Shown piece by piece: positions 1-5,613 of a stretch of 7,062 nt of DNA (its first letter is position 1; every line of letters begins with the position of its first letter). Under the pieces are notes generated by a model. That model was not told where the DNA came from. It made no database searches and saw nothing but the letters and a program-made list of their open reading frames with translations. The stretch is from the IMG/VR virus record IMGVR_UViG_2778261641_000004, positions 1 to 7,062 of that record; one strand, written 5' to 3'. The DNA is from a virus (taxonomy: Duplodnaviria; Heunggongvirae; Uroviricota; Caudoviricetes). Position numbers and translations under genes: made by a program.

Positions 1-873
1 CTGGAAATCCTCGGTACATTCATCGCGGGTGTCTGGGTATCCAAGGTTCTGGGGGCTTTCGGAAAAATATCAGGTTTACCGGTCCCACCCTGGCTTAAAT
101 TGTGGGCGCTTTACGCGGGCTATATTGTTAGCGACAGAGAAAATATTGCCGATAGCGCAAAATCTTCACTGAGGTATACGAAGCGAATTATCGGCGACAC
201 GCTGGCTGCTATTGGTATAAAAACAGATATCGGACGCAGGGATGTCAGTGAGGTCCGTGAATGGCCTGCGTGGATGGACTGGTTGCACGGGGGCCCCGGT
301 AAAGTTATCCGGCAGGGACAGAGTAACGGTGTAGTGCATGGCTCCAACGTCCAGCCCGACATCCCCGGCGGCGGTACTCTTGCTGATCGCAACAATAACC
401 CCGGGAACATTCGCCCGGTGAGCGGTAAAGGGTTCCGGTTTTTCGAATCAGCTCTTGAGGGCTGGGAGGCGATGAAAAACCAGCTCATGCGTTACTTTAC
501 CGGGAAAACAACCGGACGGGCATTACAGACTATTCAGGATATTGTCAGTACCTGGGCCCCGGCAGGTGATAACAACGATCCGAAAAAGTATGCACAGGAT
601 GTTGCGAAATGGATGGGAGTATCACCGAATGCAATATTGAATCTTACAGATCCCCAGACTATGGGTGCATTGATGCAGTCGATGGCGCGAAAAGAAGGTT
701 ATTCAAACTGGAACAGCCCGCTGGCGTATCAGGCCGCCGCTGGCAGCCTTAACCAGCAGACTGTTATAAATGTTCATGGAGTTAACAACCCTCAGGAGGC
801 GGCTAATCTGATCGCTGACAAGCAGGGGGCTGTAAATGCCAGGGCGGTACAGCAATTGAAAGGACCTGCGTAA
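1..873 (+). CDS. C-terminal part of a large tail protein, probably tape measure protein (5'-truncated by window edge)
   Basis: Frame 1 is open from base 1 (no stop before the TAA at 871-873), so the ORF starts upstream of the window. The first ~45 aa are hydrophobic (LEILGTFIAGVWVSKVLGAF...), followed by a Gly/Pro-rich region and a globular-looking C-terminus. It sits immediately upstream of the tail/baseplate genes and its stop overlaps the next start (TAATG). Confidence 0.5.
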   Translation: MEILGTFIAGVWVSKVLGAFGKISGLPVPPWLKLWALYAGYIVSDRENIADSAKSSLRYTKRIIGDTLAAIGIKTDIGRRDVSEVREWPAWMDWLHGGPGKVIRQGQSNGVVHGSNVQPDIPGGGTLADRNNNPGNIRPVSGKGFRFFESALEGWEAMKNQLMRYFTGKTTGRALQTIQDIVSTWAPAGDNNDPKKYAQDVAKWMGVSPNAILNLTDPQTMGALMQSMARKEGYSNWNSPLAYQAAAGSLNQQTVINVHGVNNPQEAANLIADKQGAVNARAVQQLKGPA

Positions 874-1523
874 TGGACTTTTTATCTGTTTTACTGCAGC
901 AGCGAACCCGCTCAATAGGAATCATTATTCCTGATGTGGTTATTACCGAAAAGCACACTGACGCCCTAGAAATTACGGAACATCCGGTTGAACAGCCCAC
1001 GAATGCTGGTGCCAGTGGTGAGGGCGCTGGTTATATATCAGAACACGCATTCAGGCGCCCTTCTGAGGTTGTGATGGAAACCGGTTTTTCCGGAGGCGGA
1101 TCGCTGCTTGATTTTGCCAGTAACCTGACGGCTACCAGTTTACTGGGTCTGAGCCCGAAAGAACTGTATCAGGAGTTGCTTAATCTGCAGCGGGATCGTA
1201 TTCCTTTCGATGTGACAACCGGCAAGCGTATTTACAACAATATGTTGATAAAAACGCTGGAGGTGACGACTGACAAGAGTAGTGAGAATGTGCTTCTGGC
1301 GACCCTTACCCTCAGGGAGGTGATTATTACCTCCACGCAGTCAATCAGGGTTGCCTCGAAAAACAATATGACCGAGGGAGTCGGAACGTCTGCTGTGCAG
1401 AATACAGGCACCAAAACAACGGTGCCGCCGAATAATTCCATTCTGAAATCGCTGCCACAGATAGCGCAAAAAGGTGTCACCACTGTCGATGGGTATCTGA
1501 GCAATTTATTTCTGGGAAGGTGA
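873..1523 (+). CDS. phage tail/baseplate assembly protein, function unassigned (216 aa)
   Basis: ATG at 873 overlaps the upstream stop (TAATG) with AAGGA 8 nt upstream. Position between tape-measure-like and hub-like genes suggests a tail assembly role; no family motif recognised with certainty. Confidence 0.45.
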   Translation: MDFLSVLLQQRTRSIGIIIPDVVITEKHTDALEITEHPVEQPTNAGASGEGAGYISEHAFRRPSEVVMETGFSGGGSLLDFASNLTATSLLGLSPKELYQELLNLQRDRIPFDVTTGKRIYNNMLIKTLEVTTDKSSENVLLATLTLREVIITSTQSIRVASKNNMTEGVGTSAVQNTGTKTTVPPNNSILKSLPQIAQKGVTTVDGYLSNLFLGR

Positions 1524-1526
1524 TTC

Positions 1527-1829
1527 ATGGAGGCCGTAGAAATCCCACTGGTTGCTGACAATCAGACTTTTGCCACCACAATTAACGGTACGGTTTATCA
1601 ACTGTCTGTCATCTGGCGCGGAGAGTACTGGGTTCTGGATCTTGCTGACAGCAATGGTTCCGCCATTATCTCAGGCATTCCGATGATTACGGGTGCTGAC
1701 CTGTTGGCGCAGTATCGATATATGAATCTCGGGTTTTCGCTGGTGGTACTCTGCGACGTGGCAGGGCAGGAAAACCCGACGCAATTCGATCTTGGAACGC
1801 TCTCACACCTCTATGTTTTCACGGAGTAA
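1527..1829 (+). CDS. small phage tail-associated protein, function unassigned (100 aa)
   Basis: ATG at 1527 lies 3 nt after the upstream stop with GGAAGG 6 nt upstream, and is tightly packed in the same operon. No recognisable LysM or other motif. Confidence 0.45.
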   Translation: MEAVEIPLVADNQTFATTINGTVYQLSVIWRGEYWVLDLADSNGSAIISGIPMITGADLLAQYRYMNLGFSLVVLCDVAGQENPTQFDLGTLSHLYVFTE

Positions 1830-1831
1830 CA

Positions 1832-2863
1832 ATGTCGAAAAACTGGATGCGTCACTTTGAATTATTGCTTGTTGATGATAAGGGCGACGGGATAAAAATT
1901 TCTGAGCTTAAAGTCACTTTCAATATTCAGAAAATGCCTGCGAGCATATTTAATGGATTCGTTGGAAATTTTAAGGTTTATAACCTGTCCCCTACCACTC
2001 AGAATCGGATTATGCAAAAGGAGTTTTCGCGTATACAGGTTATTGCCGGATACAAGGGGCAACCGGATGCAGCAGGTAATTATCCTGATGAAAACGTTGG
2101 TATGATATTCAATGGAGATATCCGTTTTACTGTCACTGGTAAAGATAATGCCACAGACAGTTGGATCATGTTGCAGTGTATTGACAGCTGGGAAGGTCAC
2201 CTGAACGCAAGTGTGAAAACCACAGTGGCAGCTGGCTGGAAGTACAGCGATCTTTTCAGTCTGGGTATGAAATCATTCGAACCATATGGCATCGAATCCG
2301 GTGCAGTTCCTGACATGCCGGAAACGGTATTCCCCAGAGGTCGCGTTGTTTATCAAAACACATCAAGGTTGATGAATCATATCGCAGGGCAGTGTAAAGC
2401 TAACTGGTGGTATGAAAATAATCTGGTAAATATTGTTCCTGAAGATAAATATATTGGTGTTGCTACGGTGTTGAATGCTAACACCGGGCTTATCGGTATG
2501 CCACAGCAGACGATGGGCGCTGGCGTAAATGTCAGATGTCTGATTAATCCAAATATTAAGCTCGGTGGGCTTATTCGTCTGGATCAGGCATCTGTATACC
2601 GTGCCTCTTTGAGTAATGACCAGGTAGCGAAATCGCCAGCACGACTGGATGAGTCTGAAAGCGACGGTAATCTCTACGTTAACGGTCTGCCAGGCATGTC
2701 ACAGCCTGCCAGCATTAATACTGACGGTGATTACATTGTGGGCAGCATTGATTATACTGGCGATACCCGAGGGCAGGCGTGGTATATGGACCTGCTTTGC
2801 CTGGCTAAAGGTGGCAAAGAATTGCTTAACTCGAAAGGGATTGATGCGGAGAAATACACATGA
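1832..2863 (+). CDS. baseplate hub-like protein (P2 gpD / Mu gp44 / T4 gp27-like), 343 aa
   Basis: GGAG 5 nt upstream of ATG 1832. The N-terminal pattern (AGYKG...IFNGDIRFTVTGKDNATDSWIMLQCID) and C-terminal pattern (GAGVNVRCLINPNIKLGGLIRL ... GDYIVGSIDYTGDTRGQAWYMDLLCL) resemble hub (late control D) proteins as I remember them. Not verified by search. Confidence 0.5.
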   Translation: MSKNWMRHFELLLVDDKGDGIKISELKVTFNIQKMPASIFNGFVGNFKVYNLSPTTQNRIMQKEFSRIQVIAGYKGQPDAAGNYPDENVGMIFNGDIRFTVTGKDNATDSWIMLQCIDSWEGHLNASVKTTVAAGWKYSDLFSLGMKSFEPYGIESGAVPDMPETVFPRGRVVYQNTSRLMNHIAGQCKANWWYENNLVNIVPEDKYIGVATVLNANTGLIGMPQQTMGAGVNVRCLINPNIKLGGLIRLDQASVYRASLSNDQVAKSPARLDESESDGNLYVNGLPGMSQPASINTDGDYIVGSIDYTGDTRGQAWYMDLLCLAKGGKELLNSKGIDAEKYT

Positions 2864-3195
2864 AAAGACCATTGTTGACAGTTTTACTTGTCTGTATCTC
2901 CTTCATTTCCTTTGCTGATACCGGTTGCGGACCATTTACGATCAACTGGAAAGCGCAAGACGGACTTGCAAGGATTAATGGACAGAAACCGGAGACACAG
3001 AAAATCATCTTTCTCAAACAGGAAGGTGATTATGACAATGTGAACATCCAATGGATGATTCCGGGTAATGGGCGTTGGTTAGGGATGGATTTTGTGGCCA
3101 GAAATGGCAAGCCGATCCTCAACGTTGAAGTTATCCGCAAAAATATGGACGAGCCTCGGGAGTTCTGGACGTATGATTGCCGGAAGGTTAAATGA
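2860..3195 (+). CDS. small secreted (periplasmic) protein with Sec signal peptide; candidate moron / superinfection-exclusion-type protein (111 aa)
   Basis: ATG overlaps the hub stop (ATGA). The N-terminus MKRPLLTVLLVCISFISFA is a classic signal peptide (basic n-region, hydrophobic core, SFA cleavage motif). There is no canonical lipobox. The mature part has two Cys (near residue 23 and near the C-terminus). The gene is AT-rich and is followed by an intrinsic terminator. Confidence 0.6.
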   Translation: MKRPLLTVLLVCISFISFADTGCGPFTINWKAQDGLARINGQKPETQKIIFLKQEGDYDNVNIQWMIPGNGRWLGMDFVARNGKPILNVEVIRKNMDEPREFWTYDCRKVK

Positions 3196-3210
3196 TCTTG
3201 CCCTCTCCGT

Positions 3211-3234
3211 AACCCACCGTCAGGTGGGTTTTTT
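3211..3234 (+). terminator. rho-independent terminator (T1) closing the TMP-hub-secreted protein transcription unit
   Basis: Perfect 8-bp stem AACCCACC / GGTGGGTT with a GTCA loop, followed by a T6 tract (3229-3234). The hairpin overlaps the last codons of the convergent mnt-like gene. Confidence 0.75.
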
Positions 3235-3540
3235 GTTTAGCAGTTCTCTCAACTTTTCGTTCTGCTCTCTGAACTTTTCCTGTATTTCTTTTTGCATGGC
3301 GATAACCTGGGCTTGAAGTTGAACTAGCGCATCAACATTTAGCGGAACCGAGACGCTGTTGATTTTGTCTGCTATTTCCCCAAGAGTATTTTCTGCATTC
3401 AAGGCATCTTCCAGTATCTGCACAATCTCTGAGTTCATTGATCTGCCGTTACGTTTAGCTCGTTCAGCTATAGCATCTCGCATTCCTGCAGGAAGCCTGA
3501 TATTGAACCTATCCATTTCATGACTAGGGAACTTGCTCAT
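3220..3540 (-). CDS. mnt: Mnt-like ribbon-helix-helix (Arc/MetJ superfamily) repressor with C-terminal coiled-coil (106 aa)
   Basis: DRFNIRLPAGMRDAIAERAKRNGRSMNSEIVQILEDAL aligns with remembered P22 Mnt (HFNFRMP...ANGRSMNSELLQIVQDAL). The C-terminal heptad-like region (LQAQVIAMQKEIQEKFREQNEKLRELL) is consistent with Mnt tetramerisation. GAGG lies 6 nt upstream of the ATG on the - strand. Confidence 0.8.
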   Translation of the reverse strand: MSKFPSHEMDRFNIRLPAGMRDAIAERAKRNGRSMNSEIVQILEDALNAENTLGEIADKINSVSVPLNVDALVQLQAQVIAMQKEIQEKFREQNEKLRELLNKKPT

Positions 3541-3574
3541 ATGACCTCAATGTAAAGATGTTTGCTAAACAATA

Positions 3575-3630
3575 GCACCAACTTGACATCAAAATAAATG
3601 GTGTTAAATTGGTTCTAGAACCAAGTTGGT
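3575..3630. promoter_or_regulatory. divergent promoter/operator region between mnt-like and arc-like genes (putative Pant plus operators)
   Basis: Perfect -35 TTGACA (3583-3588), a 16-nt spacer, then extended -10 TGtTAAATT (3602-3610) facing arc/ant. A 16-bp perfect palindrome TTGGTTCTAGAACCAA (3609-3624) overlaps the -10 and predicted +1. A 9-bp inverted repeat ACCAACTTG (3577-3585) / CAAGTTGGT (3622-3630) overlaps the -35. The - strand promoter for mnt could not be placed confidently. Confidence 0.55.
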
Positions 3631-3651
3631 ATCATTGTGGGAGGATTACTT

Positions 3652-3825
3652 ATGAAAGATGTGCTTTACACAGGTCGTAAAAGTCAAAGTTTCCAGCTTC
3701 GTTTGCCAGCGCGAATGAAGGAGGAGATTAGACGTGTTGCTGAAATGGATGGAATTTCTATCAACTCTGCGATTGTGCAGCGACTGGCTAAAAGCCTGAG
3801 AGAGGAAAGAGCTAATGCCCAATAA
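3652..3825 (+). CDS. arc: Arc-like ribbon-helix-helix repressor (57 aa)
   Basis: SFQLRLPARMKEEIRRVAEMDGISINSAIVQRL resembles remembered P22 Arc (QFNLRWPREVLDLVRKVAEENGRSVNSEIYQRV). GGGAGGA (3639-3645) lies 6 nt upstream of ATG 3652. The GTG start at 3637 in the ORF track lacks an RBS. Confidence 0.75.
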   Translation: MKDVLYTGRKSQSFQLRLPARMKEEIRRVAEMDGISINSAIVQRLAKSLREERANAQ

Positions 3826-3898
3826 AAATAGTGAAGCCCGGCAGTGCGCGAACACAAACCGGGCCTCTATGTCAGTAACCGTATGCAAGGAAACTAAC

Positions 3899-4525
3899 AT
3901 GAATATTGTAGCAAAATCAGATTACAACTTCCACGGAGTTGAGTTGGTGCCCACCCGTGATATGCATGGTGTTTGGTTTACGTCATCTAATATTGCATCT
4001 GCACTTAAATATGCAAATAGCCGTGCAGTAACAATGATTTATAACAAGTATAGCGATGAGTTTAGCGCCGGAATGACTCAGGTACTCGAAGTGAGTACCT
4101 CAGGAAATTATCGCAAAAAAGTGCGAGTTTTCTCACTACGCGGTGCCCACCTAATCGCGATGTTTGCTCGCACTCCGGTAGCCAAAGAGTTCCGCCGCTG
4201 GGTGCTGGATATTTTGGATCGGCAGGCAGAATGCTCACCGATTGCAAAACAGTTCACTGACGAAGAGCTGGTTAATCTCTGCTACTTACAATTGTGGATG
4301 GAGAAGAGTCAACAAATGTGCAAACACATCTACCCAGGAATGAAGCAAATTGGTTCTGAGCTTTCAGGAAGGATTTACGATATTGCATATGAGACTCGCT
4401 ACATGTCAGAAGAAACCAAGAAATCACTTCTTCGTGAAATGAAGAATCTTGATACCAACAATTTTGTCGTAAAGAACGCTCAGCCAATGCTGGCAAAACT
4501 TCGCGGCGAGGAATGGATTCATTGA
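3899..4525 (+). CDS. ant: phage antirepressor, BRO-N/Ant-type N-terminal domain (209 aa from ATG 3899; possible upstream start at 3815)
   Basis: YNFHGVELVPTRDMHGVWFTSSNIASALKY ... LRGAHLIAMFARTPVAKEFRRWVLDIL matches the BRO-N/antirepressor pattern (F.F..IR...G.PWF.A.DVA.ALGY ... A..F..WV). AAGGA (3887-3891) lies 7 nt upstream of ATG 3899. The gene is immediately downstream of arc, as in P22 immI. Confidence 0.7.
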   Translation: MNIVAKSDYNFHGVELVPTRDMHGVWFTSSNIASALKYANSRAVTMIYNKYSDEFSAGMTQVLEVSTSGNYRKKVRVFSLRGAHLIAMFARTPVAKEFRRWVLDILDRQAECSPIAKQFTDEELVNLCYLQLWMEKSQQMCKHIYPGMKQIGSELSGRIYDIAYETRYMSEETKKSLLREMKNLDTNNFVVKNAQPMLAKLRGEEWIH

Positions 4526-4540
4526 TTGGTGCACAGGACG

Positions 4541-4574
4541 GCGCAAAAGAAAACCGCCAGTGTGCTGCTGGCGG
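4541..4574 (-). terminator. reverse-strand rho-independent terminator in the ant - antirepressor-2 intergenic region
   Basis: Perfect 7-bp GC-rich stem CCGCCAG / CTGGCGG (4554-4560 / 4568-4574) with a 7-nt loop. On the - strand it is followed directly by TTTTCTTTT (complement of + 4545-4553). On the + strand it is followed by CCTATGTCAC, with no U-tract, so it is oriented for leftward transcripts only. Confidence 0.6.
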
Positions 4575-4618
4575 CCTATGTCACACCCTTACTACCACAT
4601 AAGGAATGCCTAATGACT
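4545..4618 (-). ncRNA. candidate sar-like antisense RNA overlapping the RBS and start codon of the second antirepressor-like gene (hypothetical)
   Basis: Candidate - strand promoter inside the 5' end of the 4613 gene: -35 GTGACA (+ 4648-4653), 17-nt spacer, -10 TACATT (+ 4625-4630), predicted start near 4617-4619. The transcript would run leftward across ATG 4613 and SD 4601-4605 and end at the - strand terminator, giving about 70-75 nt. This is inference only. Confidence 0.3.
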
Positions 4619-5338
4619 TTTAAGAATGTAGCAAACATCGGATCCGTTGTCACGGATAAAACCATTGACAGCCAAAGTCTTCTGATGATGGTTAATGAAG
4701 CTCGCAAGTTATGTGGAGAGCCATCAGTACGTAACAACAAATTCATCGAGAAAATTGAGGATGAATTGGAAGGCGAGACCTACACAAAAAGTGTAGGTCG
4801 GAAAAACGGGGCTGACATTGATGTTATCTCCATGACTATCAAGCAGGCGCTTCGTGTTGCTGCTCGCGAATCTAAAGCAGTTCGCCGCTCACTTGTAGAC
4901 CAACTTGAAAGTATGCAAGAAGCGCACATTAAAAGCGGTAAATCGTCGAGTGGACTTGTTGAGTATCGCCAGGCGCGAACATTGAAAATGACGGTTGAAG
5001 CTGTTACCAATCTGTTCGATTTGATGCCAAATCTTGCGCCGGAAGCAAAGCAGACCGCGGCCGCAAGCATAATCAACCCGATCGTTGGTTTTAATGCAAT
5101 ACCCCTTCCGGCAATAGAAGAGCATTACTACTCAGCAGGGGAGGTTGCAGAGCAGCTTGGAGTAACGGCCAACAAGATTGGTCGCATTGCTAACGCAAAC
5201 AACCTCAAAACTGAGCAGTACGGGAAGTTCTTCCTGGATAAATCGGCGCATTCCAGCAAACAGGTGGAAGCATTCCGCTACAATGCGGAAGGTGTTAAAG
5301 CACTACAACACCTGGTTCATGGGAGTAATGTTGCATAA
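4613..5338 (+). CDS. second antirepressor-like / phage regulatory protein (Rha-like N-terminus, KilAC/ANT-like HTH C-terminus), 241 aa
   Basis: AAGGA (4601-4605) lies 7 nt upstream of ATG 4613. The N-terminus (TIDSQSLLMMVNEARKLCGEPSVRNNKFIEKIEDEL) resembles Rha-family regulators. The C-terminus (YYSAGEVAEQLGVTANKIGRIANANNLKTEQYGKFF) resembles the KilAC/ANT antirepressor C-terminal domain. The TTG start at 4526 in the ORF track has no RBS and would read through the hairpin. Confidence 0.5.
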   Translation: MTFKNVANIGSVVTDKTIDSQSLLMMVNEARKLCGEPSVRNNKFIEKIEDELEGETYTKSVGRKNGADIDVISMTIKQALRVAARESKAVRRSLVDQLESMQEAHIKSGKSSSGLVEYRQARTLKMTVEAVTNLFDLMPNLAPEAKQTAAASIINPIVGFNAIPLPAIEEHYYSAGEVAEQLGVTANKIGRIANANNLKTEQYGKFFLDKSAHSSKQVEAFRYNAEGVKALQHLVHGSNVA

Positions 5339-5559
5339 TGGCAAAGAAAAAATATGGCATTATGCCGCCAAGAATCAAAGGAAGAGCCATGGTAAAAGGC
5401 GATGCTGGGAGATATCACATTCTTGGTGTTTTGTGGCATGAGAGAGCTTTAATTTTAAGCAGACCTCATGGGTACATTGAAAAGGTATCTATAGATAGAA
5501 TTGAGATTCTTCCCCTTACTCCTGAAGAAGAAGAAACGTACGGACTTTTTGATAACTAG
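5338..5559 (+). CDS. small hypothetical protein (73 aa), translationally coupled to the antirepressor-like gene
   Basis: ATG 5338 overlaps the upstream TAA (TAATG). It has a basic N-terminus (MAKKKYGIMPPRIKGR) and an acidic C-terminus (TPEEEETYGLFDN), and is followed by terminator T2. No family recognised. Confidence 0.45.
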   Translation: MAKKKYGIMPPRIKGRAMVKGDAGRYHILGVLWHERALILSRPHGYIEKVSIDRIEILPLTPEEEETYGLFDN

Positions 5560-5570
5560 CCAATTCACTA

Positions 5571-5594
5571 AACCCAGCTTCGGCTTGGTTTTTT
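5571..5594 (+). terminator. rho-independent terminator (T2) at the 3' boundary of the accessory module
   Basis: Stem AACCCAGC / GCTTGGTT (one mismatch or bulge) with a TTCG tetraloop, followed by a T6 tract. It matches T1 at 19 of 24 positions. Confidence 0.7.
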
Positions 5595-5613
5595 ACTTTC
5601 TGGAGACATATGA

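Noticed and set aside
120-488. Reverse-strand ORFs in the ORF track lying inside + strand genes (120..488, 703..915, 803..1000, 1232..1561, 1862..2200, 2826..3017, 4062..4247, 4272..4496, 4780..5076, 4889..5125, 6816..7010).
   Set aside because: Each is antisense to a longer + strand ORF with an RBS and recognisable protein features. None has a convincing RBS or family signature, so they are most likely shadow ORFs.
2860-2925. Lipoprotein call for the 111-aa secreted protein.
   Set aside because: The sequence before the first Cys is A-D-T-G-C, which lacks the canonical lipobox hydrophobic residue at -3. Signal peptidase I cleavage after SFA is more likely.
2649-3316. Overlapping + strand ORFs 2649..2918 and 3092..3316.
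   Set aside because: They are out-of-frame overlaps of the hub and secreted-protein genes, or span terminator T1 and the 3' end of mnt. No RBS, implausible products.
3609-3624. The 16-bp palindrome contains TCTAGA; considered as a restriction-modification-related site.
   Set aside because: Its position over the -10 and +1 of a promoter between two RHH repressor genes makes an operator the far more likely explanation.
3815-3898. Longer ant start at ATG 3815 (ORF track 3815..4525), overlapping the arc 3' end.
   Set aside because: ATG 3899 has a well-spaced AAGGA RBS, and the extra 28 residues are low-complexity with no match to BRO-N proteins. Not fully excluded.
4554-4574. The hairpin as a + strand terminator for the arc-ant transcript.
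   Set aside because: There is no U-tract downstream on the + strand (CCTATGTCAC); the U-tract exists only on the - strand.
4526-4612. TTG start at 4526 for the second antirepressor-like gene, and GTG start at 3637 for arc.
   Set aside because: Neither has an RBS. The 4526 extension would translate through the GC hairpin, whereas ATG 4613 and ATG 3652 have strong, correctly spaced SD sequences.
5178-5441. 87-aa + ORF overlapping the end of the antirepressor-like gene and the 73-aa ORF; also 6490..6699 inside the wedge-like gene.
   Set aside because: Alternative-frame overlaps with no RBS, while the in-frame genes show start-stop coupling.
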